DNA of 64,000 bases from NCBI GenBank assembly GCA_002269645.1, contig NIVC01000706.1, positions 1 through 64,000 of the forward strand, written 5' to 3'. The stretch comes from Macrostomum lignano (taxonomy: Eukaryota). The position numbers and the translations under genes were made by a program. Below, in pieces: positions 1 through 12,613 of the stretch (its first letter is position 1; the number at the start of each line of letters is the position of its first letter). The notes beneath the pieces were generated by a model. The model made no database searches. It had not been told where the DNA came from and saw nothing but the letters and a program-made list of their open reading frames with translations.

Positions 1-624
1 AGTGAGCGTATCTCGGGGTTGGAGCGATCCCACCGGCCGTCTTGCGTCGTCGCAATCGCTGCCCGGATGACTGGGTCGCAGGCAGAGCTCTTGCGGATGT
101 CCCGCGAGCGTCAGCGCCATCGCACAGCCGCCTGCGCCACCTCGTTGATGTAGGCCTCCCTCCGCTGCTCGCCAAAACTTCTGCCGTGCGCGCTTAGGGG
201 CTGCCGGAGGCTCCCGGCTGGTACTCGACCTTGAACACTAGGTGCTGGATCCTCAGCGTCATTCGCTCGACTCGTGGAGGCGGCCGCGACCCAGACGCGA
301 ACATGGCCGTCAGCGGCTTGTGATCGGAGACCACTGTGAACTCGCGCGATCCATGCAGGTAGTACTCAAACTTCAGGCAGCCGAACTTCACGGCCAGTGC
401 CTCCTTCTCGGTCTGCGAATATCGCCGCTCGACATCGGAGAGGGTCCGGCTGGCGTATGCAACCGCCTTGAGCTGCCGTCGCGCTGCACCTGCGCCAGGA
501 TGGCGCCCAGTCCGGTCGGCCCCGCGTCCACGATCAGCTGCGTGTGTAGCCGCTTGTCGTAAAAAGCCAGCGTTGTCGGCTCCGCGATGCTGCGCTTCAG
601 CTGCCCACCCCACTCCGCAGCCAT
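1..624 (-). mobile_element. Degenerate Ty3/gypsy pol fragment (RT-RNase H connection, RNase H, start of the integrase linker); runs off the window edge
   Basis: Frame 388-624 gives LAFYDKRLHTQLIVDAGPTGLGAILAQ. Frame 194-613 gives AVAYASRTLSDVERRYSQTEKEALAVKFGCLKFEYYLHGSREFTVVSDHKPL, a typical gypsy RNase H. Residual ALTLADIRKSSACDPVIRAAI lies at about 1-125. Several frameshifts. Confidence 0.92.
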
Positions 625-676
625 TCAGACTGCCAGGCGTACCACTGGGCTAATATACCGTGCGTACGCACACTAC

Positions 677-971
677 AATAATAATATTGGATTTCACCTG
701 CACTAATGGGCAGATGTGCAACCGACAGCTCAGCCGCAGCTATTGTGCGGCGCATCTGAAGGCTACGTACGGCTGTTCAGTCCAAGGACTGGGGGGTCGC
801 CATACACATCCTCAATTACCCCAGCTAATGCTGGCATCCATTTTACAGCTGGGTGAACTGAAGCAATGCAGAGTTGAGTGTCGTGTTCAAGGACACAAAT
901 TGCTCCGAGTGGGTCAAGAATCGAACCCCCGACCTTTAAGTCGCGAGTCCGACGCTCTAACTACTAGGCTA
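677..971 (-). mobile_element. tRNA-derived SINE, family A, copy 1
   Basis: The minus strand starts TAGCCTAGTAGTTAGAGCGTCGGAC (A box) and contains GGTTCGATTCT (B box), a GTGTCCTTGAACACGACACTCAACTCTGCATTGC central domain and an (ATT)n-like tail. Three more copies lie in the window. Confidence 0.85.
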
Positions 972-1271
972 AAAGCCCATACTAGCAACAGCAACAACAA
1001 ACCTCAGTTGCCAAATCAAGGTCTACCTAGAGCAAGAGAACTTAGCCCTAAAAGCTAAAGTGTAATTGATTGGGAACTCCTTCTTCAGATAATTGACTCT
1101 TTCGGATTTTACATACGAGCGTAAGTTGTTTAATATAAATACAGAATATAGCTAGCAATTAAGAAACGGCTAATGCATTCTCATATTTTCTCAAATCCAT
1201 CCCTTGTGACCCGATCTGGAAATTTGAAGCCTTCGATTTGACCAAAGCATCGTAGCGAAATTTTTTCCTTC

Positions 1272-1410
1272 TGGTAGAATTGTCGAATATCTCGATGATT
1301 CGGAGGGCTGGCGACTTGATTCTGCTTGAAAAGATGCGCAACAAAAATTTAGCCTGTGTTGTTGAATTTCGTGTACCTGCGTGGCTCCGTTCCGGCGCAG
1401 AAAAAAATAG
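1272..1410. repeat. Dispersed repeat, copy 1 (paralog at about 15321-15455)
   Basis: GAATATCTCGA...CGGAGGGCTGGCGACTTGATT...TTGAATTTCGTG.CCTGC..GCTCCGTT is shared with 15321-15455. Confidence 0.7.
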
Positions 1411-2790
1411 TCAGGGGTGAATTCCCTTGTGGTTCTGCTGTTAAGGATGCATACCGGTAGTACCAAGTAATCATCGCTCAGAACTGGATGAACTCAGACT
1501 AACTGGAACCTGACCTAAGTGGTACTCTTCAGTTTTGCTTACTCACTGCATCAAAGCAATGTCCGGTTTCAGATCGAGACAGCAGTACCGGCTGCAGCAG
1601 ATGCGACCGCAGACACTTCGCACCAGCGACTGAAACTTAGGAGAGCCTGACCTGCATGAAGTCTTAACTTTGAGTAATTACGCGCTGATGGTTTTAACAT
1701 GTTGCTAATTGCGATCTACAGATGGTCTGCGTTTTCAGGCCTGACTTGGTCCAAACTCTTCACTAATGAGATTTTTGTTTAAACACCTCTGCCCCGTTAC
1801 AAATGTTGAATTGGGTTCTCCGGTCAAGTTACTCAAGTAGCAAAATCACCAACTAAAGTGTAAATAACTCAGTGCAAGATTCAAAGTCAAATGGCAACAA
1901 GTCAAATCAAGCTGCAAATTGTCACCGAAAGATCAAGTAAAGTGTTGCATAGTCATTTCAATTAGCACACCCACGTTTCTGTGTGTTTCTGTTCTTTGAA
2001 AACACCTTTAGAACTGAAATTATTGCAATTTTCGGTGCATAGCTCGGATAAAAAGTTCCCAACAATTCACTTTCTGGGCTTTCCAATTCCAAATGAATCA
2101 AGCACACAAGGTGCCCTGACACAAGTTTATCTAGCTATTGTTTTTCATGAATTACGACCGGAAACCGGATTTCGTTCTTGTCAAAGCTCCATTCAGTGGT
2201 CTGAAAAGCAACTCTGCTACATCCATTTAGAAGACACAGCTGCGTTGTGAGCGTTGCCGCTCTCCAAAACTTTTCTAGATAAACTTGTGACTTGTGGGAA
2301 TTTATTGCTGAGGTAACAGCGTCTTTGAACCTCAATTGCCCATGCAATTTTAATGTTTTGTTGTCTGACTTCAAAAAGCAAAACAATGTTTTACACTTTC
2401 TCAATCCCATTCAGAGAGGAAAATGGTTCTTGATCCCTGCGTATTAAGACAATTATGCGACAATATTTTTAACCCTTGTATCTTGTGTTGATTTACTTAT
2501 TTGTAATTTTGTCTTATGTTGGCTGTTGTCCTTTCGTCCTAAAAATGGTCACCAATTCAAATCGTGCGATCGTTGTCGTGCGATTTACAGCTATGAAGGC
2601 CAACCCCCAAGGAACATATGTTGTTCTGTGTTGATTATATACCCGAATCTTACTCTTTATTGAACTGTTATTCGCGTTAACGCAAACCATTACTACATTT
2701 CAACAGATGAAATTTTGACTTGATTCAAGTTTTAACGATACGATTTCATTTTAAAACCTCTACGCGACGGGTGGTGTTTAGCATCACCCC

Positions 2791-5293
2791 TGTTGCCGAC
2801 GGCTGTCCCGAAATCGGGACATAGACTATTGGACAGTCGCTAAAGTTGCTGCTGCAGCACCCCTTTCCCGCCGGTTTCTCTCTGTCGCGACTGTCGTTGT
2901 CATTTCTTCAGTTCATCTGCACTTGTCTCTGTTTACTGTTTTTTCCTCTTGGTCCAGTTCAGTCTTGTTATTTTTATCTGTTTCCCTCGCTGCTTCTGAT
3001 TGGCTCTTCAACCTCGCCTCTTTTTAGTCACGAGTTCCACCCCCTCATTTTATTATCTTCCCCCCCCCCCCTAGTTTAATGTCTTAAATATATTCGTTTA
3101 GTCGTTTAGGGCCCTGTCCAATTACAATTAAATAGCTATATATTTACTGTCTCACTGGCTGCTGCGCTTCCTCGCGTTGTTCTTGCCATGGAATCTGAAA
3201 ACGAATACGCAGAAATTTTCACTGATGACGACTCACTGGAGTCGCTAGATGGAGTCGAGGACGAGATTATGGAGGAAGAAGGCGAAGAAGCAGAAGAAGA
3301 AGAAGGCATGCAGACAGAGGAAGTTGGTGATGTACCAGAGTGGCAGTTTGTTCAGGCTAGAATGGATGCTGTGCCGAATGAAGCCGAGTTTCTGGGAACA
3401 CCGCAGGGGTTCGCCCAGATTGGAGGCCTCCAGCTTCAGCTGATGGAAACGAAGAGGAGTTTCTGCGTCTGTACCTCACTGATGGAATTATTGCAAGCGT
3501 GAAAACCTGGACGAATCGTAGGGCGTGGAAGATATTCGAGGAGTGCGCTGGCGAAGAGCAGTTGCCGAAGCTGGTAAAGAACTGGAAAGATTGTACAGAC
3601 GATGAGGTGAGGAAGCTGTTCGGGATTGTTCTGTTGATGGGCCTGGACAAAAAGCCGGAGATCAGCAGCTACTGGAGCCAGGACCCTGTTTTCAATTGCT
3701 CCTTTCTGTCAATGCCCAATGCCCTCTCGAGAGATAGGTTCAAGCAGCTGCTTTCCTGCCTTCGTTTCTACGACTGCACGGATGTTCAGGAAGGGCCCTT
3801 GGCCAAAATCCAGCCATTTCTACACCAGCTGCAGCAGGTGTGCAGCAACAATTACATGCCGCGTCAGCACATTTCCGTGGACGAAACGCTCGTCTTGTAC
3901 AAGGGGCGTCTGCTGTTCAAGCAGTACATCCCGACTAAGAGGAGCAGATACGGTGTCAAGCTGTACTGCCTGTGCGAGTCGGAGACTGGCTACTTGTGGA
4001 ATTTCGCAGTCCACTCCACGGAGCACGCGAATGCACAGTTTGGACTGGGACTCGAGTGCGGCGGCCTCTCTATTAGTGAGCGAATTGTGGCCGAGCTGTG
4101 CCGTGAACTCCTGCTCATGAATTATAACGTGTTCACGGACAGCTGGTTCACGTCGCATCGGCTGGCCGTTTGGCTGCTAGCGAATGGAACTCGGCTGACC
4201 GGCACTGTGCGCAGCAATCGAGGCGTCCCGCAGTTGCTGCAGCAACTGCAACTGCGACCGACTGCGGCGGCTTTCGCGAGGAACGGTGAGGTGCTCGCTT
4301 GTAAGTTCGTGGACAGGAAGAGCAGCGGAACAAAGACCGTGTATCTCCTGGACACTGCTGGGCAGGCTGCCTGTGTGAACGTGCCACGAGTCCGTCGGGG
4401 AGGCGAGCAGCAGGTGATCGCGAAGCCAGTGACAGTGGTCACCTACTCGAAGAGTATGGGCGGCGTGGACCGTATGGATTCGGCAGCGAACCCCTACCTG
4501 GCCAGCCGGAAGACGCTGCGCTGGTTTCAGAAACTTGCGTTTTACCTGCTGCTGCTTCTAGTTCGGAACTCGTGGATCGTCTACCGCCAGCACGGAGGTA
4601 CCAAGACTTTCGTGGCGTTTCTGCGCAAAGCGGTCAGCATTTTGGTGGAGGAGACTGGCAGGGGCAGGCGCCATTTCGCTGTCAGGGCAGGCCGTCCTGC
4701 AGCAGTCGGACCGGCAGGTGACGGCCCTGCAGTACAGCATTTGCCGACCAAAGCTCCATTGAACGCTGCCAATGTTCGGCCGCGCAATCGATGCCGCGTG
4801 TGCAGCGAGAACCGAATCGCGAAGAAGACCGTGTAAATATGCCCTGATTGTCCGGGAGTACCAGCACTTTGCATAGGCCAGTGCTTTAGAAACTGGCACA
4901 GCCAACCGCACTGACTGTTACAGACCTCGTCTTCATGTTTTTTTCTTCCACACCCCCGGTTGACTTTGCTCTCTCCATTTCTAACCCGCTCTCCTTTTTG
5001 TCCCCACCCTTGAATAAAATTTAAGTAAATATTTATGGAGTACCCTAACAAGGAGCTTTCCGTTGCTATGGTGTCAATCCAAAATTATCTGTTCTAATCC
5101 TGTTTCTGTTTTGTTAGCAATTTCACTTGTTTTAAATTAAAATAAAGCAGTGTGTCCCGTTTTTGGGACATGGCCGTCGGCAACGGCAGTGCAGCGCAGC
5201 TGCAGTTTTGACCATAGAACTTAGTTTTAAGTTTTCGGCTGCAGCAGAAGTGGCTGCTTGTCCCGTATTCGGGACATCTTAGCTTACCGTTAA
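2791..5293 (+). mobile_element. piggyBac-family DNA transposon (outer ends approximate)
   Basis: TGTTGCCGACGGCTGTCCCGAAATCGGGACA (2791-2821) is inverted relative to TGTCCCGTTTTTGGGACATGGCCGTCGGCAAC (from 5153). A third palindrome lies at 5259-5276. The region encloses the transposase. Matching TTAA-CCC termini were not resolved. Confidence 0.8.
3188..4914 (+). pseudogene. piggyBac transposase with one frameshift and one premature stop
   Basis: Acidic N-terminus from ATG 3188. The frame changes at about 3410-3440 into FLRLYLTDGIIASVKTWTN. The DDD triad is present (ISVDETL, VFTDSWFTS, MGGVDRMD). TAA at 4834-4836 interrupts the Cys-rich domain RCRVC...KKTV*ICPDCPGVPALCIGQCFRNWH, whose true stop is at 4912-4914. 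Confidence 0.93.
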
Positions 5294-5450
5294 AGATACA
5301 ACGATCAAAAGTCAAAAATGAAACGTTGCGCTTAGCCCTTGATAATTTGCACCTCTTCCTATTTGATTCGTTTGCAAGCTAAAACTTCACATCCTTAAAT
5401 CTCTAAAGCCGATTGAAGATTAATAAATAAATATTGATGCTGGAGAAATT

Positions 5451-5771
5451 CCGGCCTGAAACTTCATTAAACCGAAACTTCACAACGTCAAAAACTCCAT
5501 ATGCAAGGCCCTTCACAAGACCGAAAACTTCACAACGACAAAAACTCCATATGCAAGGCCCTTCACAAGACCGAAACTTCACAACGTCAAAAACTCCATA
5601 TGCAAGGCCCTTCACAAGACCGAAACTTCACAACGTCAAAAACTCCATATGCAATGCCCTTCACAAGACCGAAAACTTCACAACGCGAAAATACTGCATG
5701 GCCTTGTTGTATTAATTTTTCTACGATGTGCAATTTCGGTCTTTCTAGTTTCGGTCTTGTGAAAGCAACCC
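5451..5771. repeat. About 49-bp tandem array (about 5 units) followed by an inverted copy of part of the unit; MITE-like
   Basis: Unit GAAACTTCACAACGTCAAAAACTCCATATGCAAGGCCCTTCACAAGACC. The reverse complement of 5734-5771 is GGGTTGCTTTCACAAGACCGAAACTAGAAAGACCGAAA. Confidence 0.8.
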
Positions 5772-7127
5772 AACCGCTCGTTCAATCGCAAGCTGACTTG
5801 AGCAATGCGCTCATGGAGATTATGTCAAAGCCAGACAGGGTATAAGCTTCAAAAGGCAGGACGTCCCACGCGAGCTTAGTACAGACGCCTGAGAGGTCTG
5901 GATGAAGAGCTGCATCGTCTGGGAATGTCAACGTGAAAGCATGCTTAAAGCTTTTACTTACACAACAGCTTCTAGTTTCTAATATTTGCAGCTACGTACA
6001 GTGCAAGTGAACTCAGTCTGTAAGAAATATAATAACACGACAAAATCGGAACTGTGTCTCAATAGTCTCGTGAACTTCTGCAAGCATTTTCTGTCAACTT
6101 GTTACTATCCGTACGTGCCAGTGGCCTAATGTCAACAACAAACATAACTTCTTCCCATCGGACTAGCAAACTTAGATTCTGATCTTCTACCTGTTCCTGA
6201 CTATTTTAACCTCATATTACCTATTTTGGCCACTAAATTCACTGCTTTGCTTCACTGATAGAAACGCTTTCCCAGTCAGAGTCCGGATTTTGAACCTCTG
6301 GAAATTTCACAAACCTCAAATGCAAAGCTTCTTTTATACAATCGCTGTGTGGCTCTCATGACTCTTTTTTCTCTTTGAAATCTGTATCACACGGAGCCAA
6401 GATAACTACCTACGATAAGGAAAATTTCCAACGGATATCGAATTGCATTGCACTTCCCGAAAAGCACCCGAAAGGATTGTCTGTAGTAAGCCTAAGAGTC
6501 TCGTCAATGACGGCGTTTAGTAGAGGCAAACCAATGTCTTGTATGAAGAAGATCATCTTTCTTCATTGCTACTTTGAACTGATTAGTTTGACTGATTGAA
6601 TAAAGTCGTAGCCTACGCTATGGAGCCTCCACTGCTCCCTCAAATCCTCATTGTCGGACACTAGTGAGCTTGGCTGCAGTGTCTAAATCACATCAAATCA
6701 CAACCGCTGTTCACAAGTAGTTCAAAAGGTTTTTTGTTTCTATTTAATTTATGTCAAGACAACTTGCCGGCTATTGTTGAAGTATTTGAAATGGCAGGGA
6801 ATCCTCTGAACAGACTTGTAGAGCTGCTTGACGAATAGTAATTTTAGGCTGTGTTATTTTCGGATGGCATTCTAGCAGCGGCACCCTGCAGCCCACACTG
6901 CGCTTTCTCCTCCTTTCATCTCCGCCCACTCGTCGCAGAAGCTAGTTTAATCCCATCTGCATGTCCTTTTCTTCCTTCCCAGCTCCGTGATTTTCAACCT
7001 GCTGTGTCATCTCGCTGCTTTCAGCACGCATGAATAATCCTACCGAAAGCAGTAATTTTTCTCGCCAATAACAGTCTTTTTCTGTGTAACTTTTTATCAA
7101 AAACATCTCTTTTAGGAAATACACCGA

Positions 7128-7541
<414 letters not shown>

Positions 7542-8537
7542 GTGGATTTGTTCTAATGGTGATCAACTTAATTCTAAATCCAGCTGCGTCTTGCTTGTCT
7601 ACAACTAAAAAAAGTTGATTAGTAAGGCTGGTTCTCTGAGCGAGTACTGCTCATGATTCTCATGCGCTGGTCAGGAGTGATTCTCATGCGTTTCTCATCT
7701 TCTTTTGAGAACAGCATTGCGCTGTTCAGGAGCATGCCTATTCGCGATAAGAGAACATTCTGAGTATGAGGGCATCAGTATTTTCAAGCTTCAATTTGAT
7801 AAGTTAGAGAATGGATTGAATTACCAATTGGGAAGTGCAGTAGGGACGATGAGATAGTTATAAATTATTTATTGATTTTTGAACTAAGAACTATTGAAAT
7901 GGATGAAATTAAAATTTACATAATCGTTAATGCAATTTGCTAAAAAATAAAATTTTATCTGAATAACCTGGATGAGTTCAATAATTAGTCAGAGTGAGTG
8001 AGCTAATAAGTTTTATATAGATCGTACCACCTGCTATCAAATAAGAATTGCAAATAAGTGCGTGCGTATGCATTTTCCAAGGCTAAAAGGAAAGTTAAGC
8101 CAAATAAGGTATGTCATTAACAGCATCAAAGAGGGTTGCTTTCTAAAGACGGATTGGTTAAAAACTCAGTGTAAAAATAGGTCAATGAGGTCTTGACAAA
8201 AATCGTTTTAAAAATATTAATACCTCTAAAGACTCACAGATAATAAGAACAGAAATTTTCAACACATTTTTGGTTAGAGGGTTTCAGCCAAAACTTCAGC
8301 ATAAAACACATGTGAATTAACTTCGAAAAATGAATAACTTATAAAAATTTTCCTTGTCGCATGTCGCTCGCAAATAATACCCCTGCACCAACCACCGACG
8401 CATCCAATGTACCCGATATCGATGGCCGTCGCTGGCGAATGAGTATTCTTAAATTGCGTCAGTGTAACTTAAAACTACCCATTTGACAGCGACGTAGATA
8501 AACATCGGGAACGCTGTATACTGTACATACTACCCGA

Positions 8538-9016
8538 ATGATATATACTACCTGGACGATATATACTACCTGGACGATATATACTACCTGGACGATATAT
8601 ACTACCTGGACGATATATACTACCTGGACGATATATACTACCTGGACGATATATACTACCTGGACGATATATACTACCTGGACGATATATACTACCTGGA
8701 CGATATATACTACCTGGACGATATATACTACCTGGACGATATATACTACCTGGACGATATATACTACCTGGACGATATATACTACCTGGACGATATATAC
8801 TACCTGGACGATATATACTACCTGGACGATATATACTACCTGGACGATATATACTACCTGGACGATATATACTACCTGGACGATATATACTACCTGGACG
8901 ATATATACTACCTGGACGATATATACTACCTGGACGATATATACTACCTGGACGATATATACTACCTGGACGATATATACTACCTGGACGATATATACTA
9001 CCTGGATAATATATAC
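8538..9016. repeat. 18-bp minisatellite (ATATATACTACCTGGACG)n
   Basis: Near-perfect tandem units. It explains ORFs 8459-9133 and 8538-9203. Confidence 0.98.
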
Positions 9017-9891
9017 GCTCGTACTACCTGGATCGCTACACCCTGGGACGAAAGTTATAAACCACGCAAAGTTAACGATCTTCCCTACCGTTCGCTGTGG
9101 TTGGATGAAATTAAATACATTATGTATCATCATCAGTTTATATACACATCATCCTCAGGTGTCACACACACACGCTCGAGTGCACCAAAAATGGCTAGTT
9201 TAGCTATGCCTCATTTACTTCAACCATGGTCGTCTCCACTGTCTTTTAGTCCACTAAACTGCGAGAATTTGCGGTCGCATCTGGTGGAGCCGATAACTGC
9301 TGTCTCGATCTGTAAATAAGATGAAAGAAAAAACCAAAGGTATTTTCATTCTACCCAGGCTGGTTTCGCAAGTTCTTTAAATGAACACTTTGCATTCTAC
9401 TAGTCTGATATTATAAATTATGTTTTACACTGCGAATAGTTTGCAAACTGGTCCTCGGTAATTCCGATGACCCGAGTGTCACCGGCAAGTGTCTGCAGGT
9501 GTCAACAACTCTAAAAGAAAGCCAGGTGTTACTTGTGTGAAAAATGGTACCAAATTACGAAATGAGATGAAGGTTGGGCTTATAATAAGATAATAAGCCC
9601 CCTAAATCTTCAAAAACAATTACGCTAACTTTTATATGAAAATGTATGCAGAACATCATGGATGAAGAAATATAATGAATGTCTTGTCCAAGACTTCTTG
9701 TAGCCAAGAAGACCAGAGAATTCCCTCAAGAAATTTGAAAGACTGGTGTATTTCCTTCGCTAGTGCAATTTAAAGACGGATGCCAATGGAACTAATTAGA
9801 AGCACTATAGCACTCAAGTACACCTTAATCTTGCGTCTTCGTATTCTTAGTAAAAGTGGCGCCATAGAAAATTGTCATTAGCCTACTCTAA

Positions 9892-11022
9892 TCAAGTCAA
9901 AACCGACCCAAAGCGCGCATACCCGTCGGCCTGCAGCTCTCGTTCCCGCTGTTTCTGCAGCGATCGACGCAGCTTCGCTTGCTGCCGCAGCTGCTTTTCC
10001 AGACGCTTCCGAAGGCACCGGCGTCGGCTACGGTGCTGACGCAACCGCCGTCGCCGCCTGTACTTCTGCATGCTGCTGCGCAGGAACCATCGCACCGATC
10101 GGCTGTAGCAAAGGAGCACCAGAAAGTTCAGGCAGGAGTCAACCGGTACGAACACCATGCCCCAGGTGGCCAGCTCCTCCAGCACCTGCAGCCTGGCAAA
10201 ATCAGATTGGTCCAACGGCAGTGTCAAACTGTTCAACAGGTAGCCGCAGGTGACGGTATAGGTTATAGCCAGTGGAGACTCGAGTAGCACGAAGCCGATG
10301 GACAGAGTCAGAACCATCTTCGTCACCCGGTTGGTGGCCCGGTGCGGCGCCAGTCGGTAGCGCAGGGCGTGCGCGATCTTGGCGGTAGCGGCCAGAATCG
10401 CCAGGCCTGGCAGCATGACGCCCAGAGCGGCGAAGCTCACCGACTTGATGAGGTAGACGCGAATATAAGCCACGAGAGCATTCTCTGCAGTTGCATTGGC
10501 TTGCTTATCCACTGCACCAGTCAGCGTGGGACTTCTAGCGAGCAGAGTCAGAGTCGAGAGGCACACAATCAAGCACACAATCGAGAACTGATGCCTGCCG
10601 CGAAAATAGTCATTCCGTTGGGCGGCCAGCTGAGGCCGCACCGTGATGGCCATTCGGTGCAGAGTGACGGCCAGCAGCCAGTAGTTGCGAGTCATCTGAA
10701 CGGCGTGAACTCCGAGCCCGAGCTCCTGCGGCAGAGCTCCGGGGTCCTTGGCCGCCATCATGCTGATGAACAGCGACAGTAGGGCCACACTGAGCAGTAT
10801 TTCCATAACAGTGAGCACCTGCATGCCGGCAGAGCGTTCGCGCACCTGGCTGCGAATCAGGATGAACAGCAGAAACGAGTTCAGCACGAGGGCGAATGTG
10901 GCGAATGTTGCCACTAGTCCGATGGCCGCTTGAGTCGACATGGAAACGTCTTTGAAGCCAGCAATGGCCGGAGCGGATGAGTTCATGCCATTGGTAGCAT
11001 TCTCAAGCAGGTCGGCGTCCAT
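9892..11022 (-). CDS. Intronless class A (rhodopsin-like) GPCR, 376 aa, peptide-receptor/Srw-like orphan
   Basis: N-terminal NAT/NSS sequons, seven hydrophobic segments, TM3 end AVTLHRM (DRY position), TM6 RVTKMVLTLSIGFVLLESP, TM7 VDSCLNFLVL, basic C-tail. GC-rich coding-like composition against AT-rich flanks. Confidence 0.87.
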   Translation of the reverse strand: MDADLLENATNGMNSSAPAIAGFKDVSMSTQAAIGLVATFATFALVLNSFLLFILIRSQVRERSAGMQVLTVMEILLSVALLSLFISMMAAKDPGALPQELGLGVHAVQMTRNYWLLAVTLHRMAITVRPQLAAQRNDYFRGRHQFSIVCLIVCLSTLTLLARSPTLTGAVDKQANATAENALVAYIRVYLIKSVSFAALGVMLPGLAILAATAKIAHALRYRLAPHRATNRVTKMVLTLSIGFVLLESPLAITYTVTCGYLLNSLTLPLDQSDFARLQVLEELATWGMVFVPVDSCLNFLVLLCYSRSVRWFLRSSMQKYRRRRRLRQHRSRRRCLRKRLEKQLRQQAKLRRSLQKQRERELQADGYARFGSVLT

Positions 11023-11273
11023 CTGCTTGGCTTGACAGTTTGGTCGTCGGGGTGCAATGAGTTGTTTTTACTCTCCGTGTTAGCAACTGCGCGCTCGCTG
11101 AAGCAGCGCAGATCGCCGAGAAAGGAGACAGGAAATAAGTAGACAGAGCTGTCCTAAGTGAATGTAGGAGGCAGAGCAGCCTCTGATCTGATTGGCTGAG
11201 AAAGTGATTGGATTGTGATGGAGCAGTATTGCTTTCTAGTGCTTGAAGTTTAATACAACAGAAGGGGGCTGAT

Positions 11274-11726
<453 letters not shown>

Positions 11727-12613
11727 CTGTTTCCAGTTCTGTGATATTTTATGCTCCGTTTCGTCGTGCTGGTTTCAGGGTGCAGGAATTTGCAAATTAT
11801 TATTGTTTAAAATATGCAAATTAATAATCTACTTAGACTAATGTGAGATGAAACTGAAGCAAAGAGGCAATTGTATTTGCATGCATGTACTTTTGAATTT
11901 GTGAAGTCAATAGTTTCATATCTTCACATTCTGATTCAGTTGAAAATTATTTAACTGAAATCTCCAGTAATGCGTGCTGATTGCATCATAATTTCAAAAA
12001 AAAGTTGGAGAGCGTTCGAGAGACGCATGATCTTGTGCAAATCTATTGTATAAATATTAAATCCCGAACTGGGCACCTCCATTTGGAAATTCGAGTTCCT
12101 GTTACATTTTTGTGCATAAGTTTTGTTTCTATCGTCTGTTTTAAAATATGTTGGAAAAAATATGGAAAAAGATAGTTGCCGCTATAAATCTGTGCAAAAC
12201 AATGTTATTTGGATTATCAGAACGAGAGATATAATGAAAAGTAACACTGCTTTTGGGACAGCCTTCGTTTATGTTTTGTTCACTGTCTGTTGTTTAGCAA
12301 CTTGATTCATTGGATTGGAAATCTGATTGGGATCACGAGGGCCTGAGGCTGCAATTTCATTTTGATAGGTTTGTTTCACAATGTAGACTGCATTAGCTGT
12401 AGAGTTACCGGGGTATAGGATATGTGGTGTCCAATCGGCGTTTGCTGATTGGTTGTAAACACCCACCCCAAGTCAACCCCCCTCTGCACTGCACCCCTCC
12501 GCCGTGAGGTTTATGTCACCTAGGTTTTAATCAGCCTGCCTCACCTTTCTCGCGCTGCATGAATTTTTTTTTATCGTACGGAGTGGGTGAGTGCTGCCTA
12601 GGCTGCAACTGCA

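Noticed and set aside
11175-11215. CCAAT-like boxes upstream of the GPCR
   Set aside because: Short common motifs with no TSS information.
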